Part shown: positions 22,071-32,036 of the stretch, piece by piece
How positions within the stretch are numbered: the stretch's first letter is position 1
How the letters are laid out: the number at the start of each line of letters is the position of its first letter
NCBI GenBank assembly: GCA_963663165.1
Contig: OY760175.1
Coordinates: 832,001-896,000, forward strand
DNA from: an uncultured Desulfospira sp.
Lineage (GTDB): Bacteria; Desulfobacterota; Desulfobacteria; Desulfobacterales; Desulfobacteraceae
DNA length: 64,000 bases
Direction of reading: 5' to 3'
Translations under genes and position numbers: made by a program
Notes under the pieces: generated by a model
What the model saw: the letters and a program-made list of their open reading frames with translations, nothing else
The model's database searches: none
Told to the model about the DNA's origin: nothing

Positions 22071-22952
22071 TTAATTTTTTCCTCCCCGGTTCAGTAACGG
22101 ATGGCCCATCTCTTCTCTCTGGGCCACGTAGAGTTTGGATGCCAACCGGGCAATATCCCTGATCCGTTTGATAAATCCTGTCCGTTCCGTCACACTGATG
22201 GCGCCCCTGGCATCCAGGAGATTAAAGGTGTGGGAACATTTTAAACAGTACTCATAGGTGGGGATCACCAGGCCTTTTTCATAGATCCTGTGGGCCTCGG
22301 TCTCATATTTTTTAAACAGGTCAAACAGCAGGTCCACATCGGCGATTTCAAAGTTATAGGTGGACTGTTCTACCTCCTGCATATGGTAGACGTCCCGGTA
22401 AAAGATCTCGTCGTTCCATTTAAGGTCAAACACATTGTCCACCCCCTGCAGGTACATGCAGATTCTTTCAAGGCCATAGGTCAGCTCCACGGGTACCGGG
22501 TTGACCTCAAGGGAACCGGTCATCTGAAAATAGGTAAACTGGGTGACTTCCATGCCGTCCAGCCAGACTTCCCAGCCAAGGCCTGACGCCCCGAGGGTAG
22601 GCGATTCCCAGTCATCTTCCACAAACCGGATATCATGCTCTAAAGGATCCACCCCAAGGACCCTTAAAGAATCCAGATACTGGGCCTGGACATCCGGCGG
22701 AGAGGGTTTTAACAGGACCTGGTACTGGTAGTAGTGCTGAAGCCGGTTGGGGTTCTCGCCGTACCGGCCGTCGGTAGGCCGCCGTGACGGCTGAACATAG
22801 GCCACTTTCCAGGGTTCCGGGCCAAGGGCCTTTAACAGGGTGGTCGGATGAAAGGTGCCGGCCCCCACTTCCATGTCATAGGACTGAATCAGGACACACC
22901 CTTTATCAGCCCAAAATTTATTCAAGTTTAAAATGACATCTTGAAAATTCAT
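22071..22952 (-). CDS. glyQ: Glycine-tRNA ligase alpha subunit
   Basis: [38 protein letters not shown]. Confidence 0.99.
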   Translation of the reverse strand: MNFQDVILNLNKFWADKGCVLIQSYDMEVGAGTFHPTTLLKALGPEPWKVAYVQPSRRPTDGRYGENPNRLQHYYQYQVLLKPSPPDVQAQYLDSLRVLGVDPLEHDIRFVEDDWESPTLGASGLGWEVWLDGMEVTQFTYFQMTGSLEVNPVPVELTYGLERICMYLQGVDNVFDLKWNDEIFYRDVYHMQEVEQSTYNFEIADVDLLFDLFKKYETEAHRIYEKGLVIPTYEYCLKCSHTFNLLDARGAISVTERTGFIKRIRDIARLASKLYVAQREEMGHPLLNRGGKN

Positions 22953-22955
22953 AGG

Positions 22956-24005
22956 TTATCCGTTTTTTATAAGTTTAATGCCTTGGTGATCTATCCTTGT
23001 ATCAAGAATCTGTCCGTTTTGTACACCATCAAGTATGCCTTGCCAGGATTTTTTAAGTCCTTCAATGTTTTGAGCGCTTCCCACAGCCCAGACACACCCG
23101 CCGCCGCCGGCACCGGTGAACCTTGCCCCGCAATGGTTTTGTTTTGCCGATTCAAACAATTTTTTACCGGTATTGTCAAGGACATCCGGGGTCATATCAA
23201 GACGAAGGGCGGTTTCTTCATTCATGAAAGCCGCGGCCTCATCCCAGGCCTTGCGTTTTAAGACCGAAAAAAAATCTTTGGTCAGGCCTGCAATTCTCTC
23301 AAACCCTGATCGTGAGGTTCCCTTTAAAAACGAATCAACCCATTTGCCGTTGATGTTTTTTGACTCATGGGGAATGCCGCAGTAGGCCACCAGAATGTGC
23401 CGGTTAAGGCCGTCTGTCTCCTGAGGGGTTTCATAAAGGGGGGTTTTCTCAAAAACAGGACCGGTCTGCCCCATTTTCCAATGCCAGAGGTTGACCCCGC
23501 CAAAAGCGGCGGCAGCCTGGTCCTGAACCCCGCAGGGAACCCGGGCCACGCTGGATTCAATGGTGTGGGACAGCCAGGTTAAATGAACCGGGTCAACGGG
23601 CTTATCCATGGCTGCATATAAAGCCGCTAAAATGGCCACAGAGGCGCAGGAAGATCCCCCCAAAGCGCTTCTGGGCGGGGAAGAGGATTCAATCCTTATT
23701 TCAAGCCCATGGGCATTGACAAACTGGGCACAGGCAAACATCAGCCCCATGGGATGGGTAAAATCCGCCTTTCCCTGATCAAAACTGGCGTCTTCAAACC
23801 CCAAAGAGGAAATTTTCACCTTTCCTTTGACATAAGGCGTCAGGGTCACTGTGGTTCTCAGGTCCAGGGCCATGTTAAACCCGGCCGGGAACAGATGGGA
23901 CAAGGGAAGATAGAAAGTGGAGATATCCAGGGTGCCGCCAAAATCAATCCGGCAGGGAACGGAAGCGGTCACGGGCCCTGATTCTAACCTGGGTTGAAAA
24001 TTCAT
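22956..24005 (-). CDS. GHMP-family sugar kinase (HddA/galactokinase-like)
   Basis: PCRIDFGG, SPPRSALGGS, GVQDQ, GAGGGG. Confidence 0.85.
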   Translation of the reverse strand: MNFQPRLESGPVTASVPCRIDFGGTLDISTFYLPLSHLFPAGFNMALDLRTTVTLTPYVKGKVKISSLGFEDASFDQGKADFTHPMGLMFACAQFVNAHGLEIRIESSSPPRSALGGSSCASVAILAALYAAMDKPVDPVHLTWLSHTIESSVARVPCGVQDQAAAAFGGVNLWHWKMGQTGPVFEKTPLYETPQETDGLNRHILVAYCGIPHESKNINGKWVDSFLKGTSRSGFERIAGLTKDFFSVLKRKAWDEAAAFMNEETALRLDMTPDVLDNTGKKLFESAKQNHCGARFTGAGGGGCVWAVGSAQNIEGLKKSWQGILDGVQNGQILDTRIDHQGIKLIKNG

Positions 24006-24841
24006 TGTTCCTGCCTTAAGCGGTGTAAAAATTTCAAGGTTTTCATCTCCCGGCCAATGTGAAAGGGAATAAAAGCCTCCATCAGGGCCGCCCCCTCTGT
24101 CATGGCAAAGGATGAAAATTTAATCCGGTCGGCCCTGGCCATGTCTGAGGCGTTCATCCAGGCCAGCTGCTTTAAGGTGCCCTTTGAAATATAAAGAAAG
24201 TGCCCTTTGTCCGAAAGCCCGCCCATATCCCGGGTGCCGGTGTCTGGTTTTAAACAGGCATCACAGATAAGCTTTCCGTCTTTTAAATCAAACCGGATCC
24301 TGTCCTGGGCAATGGCATCCAGTCTTCTATCACAAGATTCACACCGGTCAATCACCGGGCTGAATCCGGAAATGCCCATGAACCGGATCTGGTACAACAG
24401 GTTTAAAATCCCCGGGTCAACAGCAGAGCGGTCCAGCATGTCAAGGCTGAACAACAACAGCTCAAACAACCGTGTCTGCACCCTGCCCTCTTCAAGCCAT
24501 GAATATATAAGTTCCACCCAGTAACTGGCATAGGCGGTTTTAAACAGATCATACCGGATTTGGATAAATCCGTTCTCAATCCCTGACTGGGTCAGGATGA
24601 TCAGCCCGTTTTTATTCTTTTTGGGGTACCGGCACTGAATATGGTTAAGGGAAAACATATCCAGGGCCCCGGAAAAACGCCGAACACTCTTTTTGGCGTT
24701 TTTGGCAATCACACTGATCTTGCCCATGGTCCGGGTCAAAAAGGTAATGATATAGTCGTGGTCACCGTATTCGATTTTTCGAAGCAAAATGGCATCTGTG
24801 CTGAACTCCTGCCCGGGATCGTTAATGCCGGCACCATCCAT
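24002..24841 (-). CDS. recO: DNA repair protein RecO
   Basis: AILLRKIEYGDHDYI..GKISVIAKNAKKS; C4 zinc finger; upstream of glyQS. Confidence 0.95.
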   Translation of the reverse strand: MDGAGINDPGQEFSTDAILLRKIEYGDHDYIITFLTRTMGKISVIAKNAKKSVRRFSGALDMFSLNHIQCRYPKKNKNGLIILTQSGIENGFIQIRYDLFKTAYASYWVELIYSWLEEGRVQTRLFELLLFSLDMLDRSAVDPGILNLLYQIRFMGISGFSPVIDRCESCDRRLDAIAQDRIRFDLKDGKLICDACLKPDTGTRDMGGLSDKGHFLYISKGTLKQLAWMNASDMARADRIKFSSFAMTEGAALMEAFIPFHIGREMKTLKFLHRLRQEQ

Positions 24842-24846
24842 GCCCG

Positions 24847-26211
24847 TTAGATATCCATGAGAAGTGTGGCAATTTTGAAATAGCAAAATACGCTGACAAT
24901 ATCAATTGAAGTGGTCACAAACGGGCCTGTGGCCACGGCCGGATCAATATGAAACTTTTCAAAGGCCAGGGGAACTGTAGACCCCACCAGGGCCGCCACA
25001 CTCATGGAACAGATGACCGCAAGCCCTACGGCAATGGCCAAAGACAGGGAAAAGGGCTCATGGACAAAGGAAAGCCTGGCCACAAGGCCGATGAAAAGGC
25101 CGTAGGTTAATCCCAGGATCAGGCCAACGGTCAGCTCCTTGGATACCACCCGGGAAAAATCATGGATATTAATCCGGCCCGTGGCAATTCCCCGGACCAC
25201 AATGGTTGAACTCTGAGTACCGATGTTGCCGCCCATGCCCATGATGACCGGAATAAACGCGGCAAGCCCCGCAAATTTGGAAAGGGCATGTTCAAAGCCG
25301 CCAATGATGAAAAAGGCGGCCAGCCCGCCCAGGCAGGAGGCCAGAAGCCAGGGCAGCCGGATCCGTGCCCCTCTGAGCACGGTCTGGGTTTCCACATATT
25401 CTTCACCGACACCGGCCATTTTCAGCATATCTTCCGTGGCGGCCTCATGGAGAATATCAATAACGTCATCAACGGTCACGATCCCCACAATACAGTTTTC
25501 ATCATCCACTACCGGAACCGCCAGGTAATCATACCGGGAGACCAGCCGGGCCACCTCTTCTCTGTCCGTGTAAGTTTTGACCGAGACCATGTCCGTTGCC
25601 ATGAACTCTTTTAGCGGTGTCTCAGGCGCCGTCACCACCAGCTGCCGAAGGGAGCTGACCCCCACCAGTTTGCCGTAGGCATCCACCACATAAATGTAAA
25701 AGGGCATTTCAACGTCAAGATATTTGTTTTGAAGGGCCTCAATGACCTCCTTTGCCTTGACGTCTTCTTCTAACGCCACAAAATCCGTGACCATGAGGCT
25801 GCCGGCCGTGTCCTCGCCGTAGCTCATAAGCTGTTCAACGTTGTCGGATTCCTCTTTCTGCATCTTGGCCAGGATCTGGTCGGAAAGCTCTTCGTCCAGG
25901 CACCCCAGAAGCTCGGCAGCATCATCCGACGGCATATGGTCAAACACCTGGACCAGTTTTTCAAAATTCACGTTTTTGACAAACTCAAGGAAAACCGATT
26001 CGTCCAGTTCTGAAAACAGCAGGCCGATTTTTTCAGGGTCTTTAATCAGATCAAACAACTTTTTGCGGTCCACGTCGGACAGATCCCTGAACACGATGGA
26101 CAGGTCCGCCATGTGGGTCTTATCAATAATCTTGACAAGCTGACGGGTGGCACCCCGGCGAAGCAGCCGTTTGATACTGGTGCTCAGTATTCTTATTTGT
26201 TCGATATTCAT
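24847..26211 (-). CDS. mgtE: Magnesium transporter
   Basis: CBS pair, RLPWL, MGGNIGTQ, DPAVATGPFVTT..D. Confidence 0.97.
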   Translation of the reverse strand: MNIEQIRILSTSIKRLLRRGATRQLVKIIDKTHMADLSIVFRDLSDVDRKKLFDLIKDPEKIGLLFSELDESVFLEFVKNVNFEKLVQVFDHMPSDDAAELLGCLDEELSDQILAKMQKEESDNVEQLMSYGEDTAGSLMVTDFVALEEDVKAKEVIEALQNKYLDVEMPFYIYVVDAYGKLVGVSSLRQLVVTAPETPLKEFMATDMVSVKTYTDREEVARLVSRYDYLAVPVVDDENCIVGIVTVDDVIDILHEAATEDMLKMAGVGEEYVETQTVLRGARIRLPWLLASCLGGLAAFFIIGGFEHALSKFAGLAAFIPVIMGMGGNIGTQSSTIVVRGIATGRINIHDFSRVVSKELTVGLILGLTYGLFIGLVARLSFVHEPFSLSLAIAVGLAVICSMSVAALVGSTVPLAFEKFHIDPAVATGPFVTTSIDIVSVFCYFKIATLLMDI

Positions 26212-26238
26212 AGAAAGATCCTGTTATAATATAGGGGC

Positions 26239-27183
26239 TTAAAGCATTATCTTGACGTGGGCATGTTCTTTTAAGGATTCAATCCATTGGGCAAATTTTT
26301 CCTTTCCCAACTGATTGTACAGGATCTGCTGTATCTCTTCTGAAGCCTGCTCAAGGGTTTTGCCCCCGGACATGATAATGTCCTGGACATAGAGGATCTG
26401 AAAGCCCTGGGGTGTATCAATGATATCGGTATGACCGCCTTTTTTTACGCCTTGCAGGGCCTGTTTGATGTTCTCGCTTAAGCCGTCAATTTCAAAGGCC
26501 CCTAAATATCCGCCGTCAGAGGCATTGGACCCGGTGGAGTATTCGCCGGCAAGGTCTTTGAACGATGCGTTGTGTTCAAGCTGTTCTTTGACTTGTTTTA
26601 TTTTATCCGCATCTTCCATGATGATATTTCGAAGTTCGTATTTTTCCACCCCCTTGAACTCATCGGCATGTTGAGCATAATAGGCGGCAATATCCGAATC
26701 CGTGATAATTACCTTGGACCGGACGGCCCGGTTAATGAGCCGGGACTGAATGATTTCCTGACGGACATTCTCCTTGTACTCCTCAAGGCTTAAGTTCTCA
26801 CTGGCCAGGGCGCTTTCAAGACCGGCCTGATCCAGACCGTGCTGGGCCATAAAGTTTTCTACCGCCGTATTCACCTCAGCATCGGTGACTTCAACCTGGT
26901 ACCGATCGGCTTCCTGATTTACCAGGATCTTGTCGATGAGCTGGTGGAGCATATTGGTTTTCATGGTGCCGAGCAGTTCTTCCTTGCGCTTTTGGGTACT
27001 GTTGCTGGCTTCAATCTTTTCTTGATAAAGGGCTGTCTTTCTTTCAAGCTGAACCTGGGTGATAATCTCATTGTTGACAATGGCAACAATCCGGTCAACG
27101 ACCTCTTCGCCTGCCGCCTGCCCGGCCAGAACCAGAACCAATGCAAAACCCATCAAAAACCATTTTTTAATCATCGAAACCAT
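26239..27183 (-). CDS. surA: SurA-like chaperone / parvulin PPIase
   Basis: VVDRIVAIVNNEIIT; parvulin motif F..LA..YS..GGYLG. Confidence 0.85.
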   Translation of the reverse strand: MVSMIKKWFLMGFALVLVLAGQAAGEEVVDRIVAIVNNEIITQVQLERKTALYQEKIEASNSTQKRKEELLGTMKTNMLHQLIDKILVNQEADRYQVEVTDAEVNTAVENFMAQHGLDQAGLESALASENLSLEEYKENVRQEIIQSRLINRAVRSKVIITDSDIAAYYAQHADEFKGVEKYELRNIIMEDADKIKQVKEQLEHNASFKDLAGEYSTGSNASDGGYLGAFEIDGLSENIKQALQGVKKGGHTDIIDTPQGFQILYVQDIIMSGGKTLEQASEEIQQILYNQLGKEKFAQWIESLKEHAHVKIML

Positions 27184-27928
27184 CCTTTTCCTTATGGGGA
27201 TTCAATAAAAACCGGGTCACTTCCTTTTCATTGATTTGTGCCGGATATGCTGTTTTAATCTGCTCAATCCACTCACCGTAAAGGGCCTGCCGTTTTTCCC
27301 GCTTTAATCCGGTCAGCAGCTGTTCACCCAAGGCCTTTAATTGTGCTTCCTCATCCAAAAGACCGGGATTTTCTCCATCGAGATTGCCGTCATTAAGTGT
27401 CTTATAATATGAAACCAGATCATCCGGGGTGATGGTAATGGCCTCATCGAGCTGGGTATAGACCAGTTTTTCAATCACCAGGTTCTTTCGAAGTTTTTCT
27501 TTCCAGACCCGGTATGAGACGGCATTTTCTAACAGCATCTGCTCAAAGCTGTCATCCGGATAATCCTGGCGCAGCCGTTTTTCAGCCTGGTCCACCTCCT
27601 GGTCTGAAACCGCTATCCCCTTTTGCTGCGCGGCATTCATTAACTGACACTGCTCGGTTAACCCCATGACCAGATCCATGATCATGGTATTATAGTCGTT
27701 TGGATAATCTTTAATATTGTACGGGTAAGCCAGCAGTTTGAGATCAAGTTCATCAAAAAATTCGTCCCGGTCCACCACAATACGGCCGCTTTTGATCACA
27801 AACTCAGGCTCAACCGATTCCGGCGGAGAGGCTTTGCAACCGACCGCCTGAAAAATCATCATAATGATGGCCAGGAGGACATAACCATTTAAAGATCCAT
27901 TCTTCCGGATAGCACACTCTCCTTTCAA
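27167..27928 (-). CDS. SurA N-terminal-domain lipoprotein
   Basis: Lipobox-like AVGC; AQQKGIAVSDQEVD; start uncertain. Confidence 0.7.
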   Translation of the reverse strand: MKGECAIRKNGSLNGYVLLAIIMMIFQAVGCKASPPESVEPEFVIKSGRIVVDRDEFFDELDLKLLAYPYNIKDYPNDYNTMIMDLVMGLTEQCQLMNAAQQKGIAVSDQEVDQAEKRLRQDYPDDSFEQMLLENAVSYRVWKEKLRKNLVIEKLVYTQLDEAITITPDDLVSYYKTLNDGNLDGENPGLLDEEAQLKALGEQLLTGLKREKRQALYGEWIEQIKTAYPAQINEKEVTRFLLNPHKEKDGFDD

Positions 27929-28059
27929 ACGCCTGGCTGTAACGGCAAAACAAATCCTTTAATCATAACCGGACCGGTCCCCGCCATTTTAACCCCGGAC
28001 CGGACCCAATTTTTTTTAAGTCAAGAACATTACCATTAAGGCCCATTTTCCGCAAGCCC

Positions 28060-28160
28060 AACAAGAGACAAGAAAATAGAAACAAGAGACAAGAAGATGG
28101 AAAGCCCGGCATTGTCCTGTCCCTACTTTCTTGTATCTTGTTTCCAGTTTCCAGTTTCTT
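28060..28160. repeat. Facing 7-nt-period arrays (GA(A/G)ACAA / TTGTTTC), the right arm overlapping the 3' end of the ABC ATPase gene
   Basis: aacaagagacaagaaaatagaaacaagagacaag ... tcttgtatcttgtttccagtttccagtttcttg. Confidence 0.7.
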
Positions 28161-29115
28161 GAAAGCATGCCGTTAAATGCTTGATATCCCCCCCGGTGGC
28201 TTCAAGCACAGGCTCTTTTTCCCGGCATATGGGCATCACATCCGGGCACCGGGTATGGAACCGGCACCCGGGCGGGGGATTTTCTACAGACGGGATTTCA
28301 CCTTTTAACACCATCCGTTTTCCGGTTTTTTCCGGGTCCGGTACGGGAACGGCTGACAACAGAGCCCTGGTATAAGGATGGGCCGGCCGGGTATAGATGG
28401 TGCCGGCATCGGCAATTTCAACCATCTTTCCAAGGTACATGACGGCAATCCGGTCTGAAATATGCCGGACCACAGACAGGTCATGGGAAATAAAGACATA
28501 GGTCAGGCCAAGGGTTTCCTGAAGGTTGAGCAGAAGATTTAAAATCTTGGACTGGACCGATACATCCAGGGCCGATACCGGCTCATCACAGACAATGATC
28601 TGAGGGGACATGCTGATGGCCCGGGCAATGCCGATGCGCTGGCGCTGCCCCCCTGAAAATTCATGGGGAAACCGGGAAAGGACATCAGCGGGCAGCCCGA
28701 CTTTTTCAAGAAGGCCTGAAACCTCATTTTCCAAATCCAGGTTGCCGGCCCCGTGAATCCTGTATTTTTCTTCTAAAATCTGCTGGATGGTCTGCCGGGG
28801 ATTCAGGGACTCAAAGGGGTCCTGGAAAATCATCTGAAGCTGCCTGGACAGTTTTTTCCTGTTTTTGGCATCCAGCTTTGAGACGGTGCCGCCGTTGACC
28901 CGGATCTGCCCGTCGGTTAACTCGTACAATCCCAGGATACACCGGCCCAAGGTGGTTTTTCCGCATCCGGATTCGCCCACAATCCCCAAGGTTTCCCCTT
29001 TTTCAACTGAAAAAGAAACCCCGCTGACCGCATGGACCCAGCCGGTCCGGCGCTGGAACACCCCCGAATATACCGGGAAATACTTTTTTAGATTTTCAAC
29101 TTCAAGAATGGGCAT
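28123..29115 (-). CDS. Oligopeptide/dipeptide ABC transporter ATP-binding protein (OppF/DppF-like)
   Basis: GESGCGKT, FSGGQRQR, HPYTRALL, GCRFHTRC. Confidence 0.93.
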   Translation of the reverse strand: MPILEVENLKKYFPVYSGVFQRRTGWVHAVSGVSFSVEKGETLGIVGESGCGKTTLGRCILGLYELTDGQIRVNGGTVSKLDAKNRKKLSRQLQMIFQDPFESLNPRQTIQQILEEKYRIHGAGNLDLENEVSGLLEKVGLPADVLSRFPHEFSGGQRQRIGIARAISMSPQIIVCDEPVSALDVSVQSKILNLLLNLQETLGLTYVFISHDLSVVRHISDRIAVMYLGKMVEIADAGTIYTRPAHPYTRALLSAVPVPDPEKTGKRMVLKGEIPSVENPPPGCRFHTRCPDVMPICREKEPVLEATGGDIKHLTACFQETGNWKQDTRK

Positions 29116-29134
29116 GTTCCGATCCTGTGGGATT

Positions 29135-29247
29135 TTAGCTGTTAGCTGTTAGCTGTTAGCCGTTAGCCGTTAGCCGTTAGCCGTTAGCCGTTAGCGAATG
29201 GTTGTAAGTCCTTATGGCTAAAGGCTAATGGCTGATAGCCAAAAGCT
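29135..29247. repeat. Heptamer tandem repeat (TTAGCTG)3(TTAGCCG)5TTAGC with a degenerate complementary arm
   Basis: Perfect 7-nt period at 29135-29195; ggctaaaggctaatggctgatagccaaaagct at about 29216-29247. Confidence 0.95.
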
Positions 29248-29299
29248 TCTTTTTAGCTGTTCCGGGGCTGTTATACCATCTTTTTTTTTGAAAATCGAG

Positions 29300-29351
29300 A
29301 AAAGCAATGCCAGCTTCCGTGATTAAACCGGAAGCTGGCATTGTAAAAAAA
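29300..29351. terminator. Intrinsic terminator-like hairpin
   Basis: 15-bp stem caatgccagcttccg/cggaagctggcattg with A/T-rich flanks, downstream of the small minus-strand gene. Confidence 0.7.
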
Positions 29352-29389
29352 TTGAATCTGAAAAAGTGGGGAATGGGTACGGGTTAGCT

Positions 29390-29584
29390 TTACGCCTGAA
29401 CCGCCACCAAGGCGACGCCCAGATTTTTTTCAAGGGCCTGGATTTTTTCAAGGGTTGCATTTTCCAGGGTGGTGGGCTTTGTATCGTGGCAGGAAAACGC
29501 CAGCATGGTAACCCCTAACTCTTTTTCCAGATCTTTGATCTGGGCCACATCCTGATCCTTTAAATTTGAAAGACTGCAAATCAT
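29390..29584 (-). CDS. Small hypothetical protein with two internal repeats
   Basis: Start MICS after GGAGG; IKDLEKELGVTMLAF and IQALEKNLGVALVAV. Confidence 0.7.
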   Translation of the reverse strand: MICSLSNLKDQDVAQIKDLEKELGVTMLAFSCHDTKPTTLENATLEKIQALEKNLGVALVAVQA

Positions 29585-29901
29585 GATATCCTCCTTGTTT
29601 TTAGCCATTAGCTATTAGCTTTTAGCCGTTAGCTTTTAGCTGTTGGCAGGCTGTATCAGCCTGGTATTTACATTTTGTTGTAAACTTATAGGTGTTTTTA
29701 TAAGAAACTGGAGACAAGAAACAAGAGACAAGAGGGCGAAGCACCTGCGGTGCCCAATTTATAGTCTACCGTTGCTGGTATCTTCAGTTTCATTATTCGT
29801 TGTGGGCTTGTGGCCCATGGCAGTTATAGCATATAATTTAAATAGAAAATCGGGATTGGACAAGAAGGGAATAGTCAGGGGTTAATGACGGGCAAAACCT
29901 G

Positions 29902-30759
29902 TCATTGTGATAAGGATTTTAAAAAGATGTTCAAGTTGGTGGCGTTGTGGGTTAAGCCCAGTTTTTTGCGTAAATTGCGCCGGTGAAAATTAACCGTGGT
30001 CAAGGAAAGGTTCAGCAGGTCTGCCATCTGCTTGGAGGATTTATCCTGTTTGATCAACGAGGCAATTTTGATTTCCTGGGGCGTAAGAATCGCTTCCACA
30101 TTGGAAACCCTTCGCAAAAATGGGGAGGCAATGTGATTGAGTTCCAATTCAATCAGTTCCAAAAGTTCCTTCTCAGGCCCTTTGGAAACGGCCTCTCTAA
30201 GCTGGTCAAGATAGGGCAGAACCGTAAATTTTATATTCTGAAAAAATGTGGTTTCCATTTGTTTGGCATCTTCATCCCGCTGCCGGAGGATGGCCCGCAG
30301 AGCCGCATTGGCCTCTTCCAAATGAATGGATTTTTGCTCAAGCTCCTGTTCCCTTTCCTTGAGCTGCTGCTCTGCAAGCTTTAAAGAAGTGATATTTTCA
30401 TGGCTGATCACCACCCGTAAGGGGTCGGAACCTGCAGCCCTGATGGCCCGCATATAAAACCAGCGTTTTTCCCCGGGCGAATGGCACGGATAATCCATAA
30501 CAAACTCGTCCACATCCCCGTTAATCACCCTCCGGATGCCTTTGGCCACGCTCCGGGCGGCCTGCCCTTCCCCGTCCCCTGCCATGTCACAGATATCAAG
30601 GTAATTGATATTCACCATATCCGGTCTGACCCCGATCTCATTTAACCGGGCAAATTCCTGCCATGCCCGGTTGGTTTCAATGATGATGCCGTTTTCATCA
30701 ATAATGGCAATGTGGGCGGACAGGGAATTTAAAATGGTTTCAGCGTAATTGATGGTCAT
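29902..30759 (-). CDS. PAS-domain LuxR-family transcriptional regulator
   Basis: ILNSLSAHIAIIDENG PAS; coiled coil; LTPQEIKIA..TVNFHRRNLRKKLG HTH. Confidence 0.9.
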   Translation of the reverse strand: MTINYAETILNSLSAHIAIIDENGIIIETNRAWQEFARLNEIGVRPDMVNINYLDICDMAGDGEGQAARSVAKGIRRVINGDVDEFVMDYPCHSPGEKRWFYMRAIRAAGSDPLRVVISHENITSLKLAEQQLKEREQELEQKSIHLEEANAALRAILRQRDEDAKQMETTFFQNIKFTVLPYLDQLREAVSKGPEKELLELIELELNHIASPFLRRVSNVEAILTPQEIKIASLIKQDKSSKQMADLLNLSLTTVNFHRRNLRKKLGLTHNATNLNIFLKSLSQ

Positions 30760-32036
30760 GGCGCTCCGGGGGGTTGGCTTTTTTCCGGTATGGGCCTGCC
30801 ATGGGGATCTGTTTCGGGCTGCCCGAGTTTCTGATCAATATAGGCGGCGGCATTCCCGCCGAGATGTTCAAGCCTGTGGGCCGTGGCATGAACCTCATGT
30901 TCCGGTGTACCGATCTGTTTGAGATAGGTTTCCCACAGCCGGTGGGCCCGCAGCATTTTTTGGGCTTCATCCTTTCCTTTAGGGGTAAGGGCATAGCCTT
31001 GTTCCGTCAAGGTTAACTCCCCGTCCTGGATCATCTTTTTTAATACCCGGCCCATGTTTTTAACCGGCCCGGCATATTTTTGTATAAGGACCAAAGGGGC
31101 GGGCCCGTCATGTCGCAGCACCGTTGTCAGGATATCTTCAACCAATTGCTGTGGAATGAGGCTGCGCATCCGCATCCACCGCGATAACAGGCCGTACTTG
31201 GGGGCAACCACCAGCACCACCAGAAACTGAACCGTGCAAAACAGCATGATGGCCCCGCCCCCCGAAGAATCCAGCCAGACACAAAGGTAAAGGCCGCCGA
31301 TAACACTGGTGACACCGAACAGGGCCGACAGCCACATCATTTTGTCCAGACGGTCGCTTAAGAGATAAGCCGTTGCCGCCGGCGTAATTAAAAGCCCCAC
31401 CACAAGGATCACCCCCACCATGCTCACCGCAGAAACCACCACCAAAGAGACCAGGGTGGTCAAAAGATAATCCAAGGCCAGCACCGGCAGTCCGATGGAG
31501 GCCGCCATAACCGGGTCAAAGGTGGTCAGCTGAAAATGGCGGAAAAAAAGGACCAGCACCGTTAAAACGAAAGCGGCCACAAAGGCGCTGACCCAAAGGT
31601 CGGTATCGGCCACCCCTAAGATATCCCCCATGATAAAGTGCATCAGGTCAATGTGAATATAATGCCTGAAAATAGACACCGCCACCACGCCCAAGGCAAA
31701 AATCCCCGTGTACATAATGCCGATGGCGGCATCCTCCTTGACCCTGGAAATCCGGGAAACAAAGCTGATCAGTGCCACCGTAGTCACCGCAGCCATAAGA
31801 GAGCCTAACAGCATGCCCGGAGCATGGGCCTCCAGGCCGAAAAACAGCTTCATGATCAAATAGCCGCCGGCCACGCCGGCAATCATGGCATGGGACAGGG
31901 CATCCCCTAGAAAGGCCATGCGGCGAAGCACCACAAGACAGCCCACCACGCCGGCCACCACGGCTACAATACAGCCGCCGATCAGGGCCTTTTGAAAATA
32001 AGTTTGTGCCAGAGGGGCCAGAAGCCAGTCACCCAT
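30756..32036 (-). CDS. Mn/Zn/Fe ABC permease fused to a DtxR/MntR-like C-terminal domain
   Basis: RRMAFLGDALSH permease; C-terminal RAHRLWETYL..AHRLEH..DPHGRPIP. Confidence 0.9.
   Translation of the reverse strand: MGDWLLAPLAQTYFQKALIGGCIVAVVAGVVGCLVVLRRMAFLGDALSHAMIAGVAGGYLIMKLFFGLEAHAPGMLLGSLMAAVTTVALISFVSRISRVKEDAAIGIMYTGIFALGVVAVSIFRHYIHIDLMHFIMGDILGVADTDLWVSAFVAAFVLTVLVLFFRHFQLTTFDPVMAASIGLPVLALDYLLTTLVSLVVVSAVSMVGVILVVGLLITPAATAYLLSDRLDKMMWLSALFGVTSVIGGLYLCVWLDSSGGGAIMLFCTVQFLVVLVVAPKYGLLSRWMRMRSLIPQQLVEDILTTVLRHDGPAPLVLIQKYAGPVKNMGRVLKKMIQDGELTLTEQGYALTPKGKDEAQKMLRAHRLWETYLKQIGTPEHEVHATAHRLEHLGGNAAAYIDQKLGQPETDPHGRPIPEKSQPPGAP

Noticed and set aside
29135..29195. Tandem repeat as a CRISPR array
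   Set aside because: 7-nt units with no spacers and no cas genes; it is a simple heptamer array.
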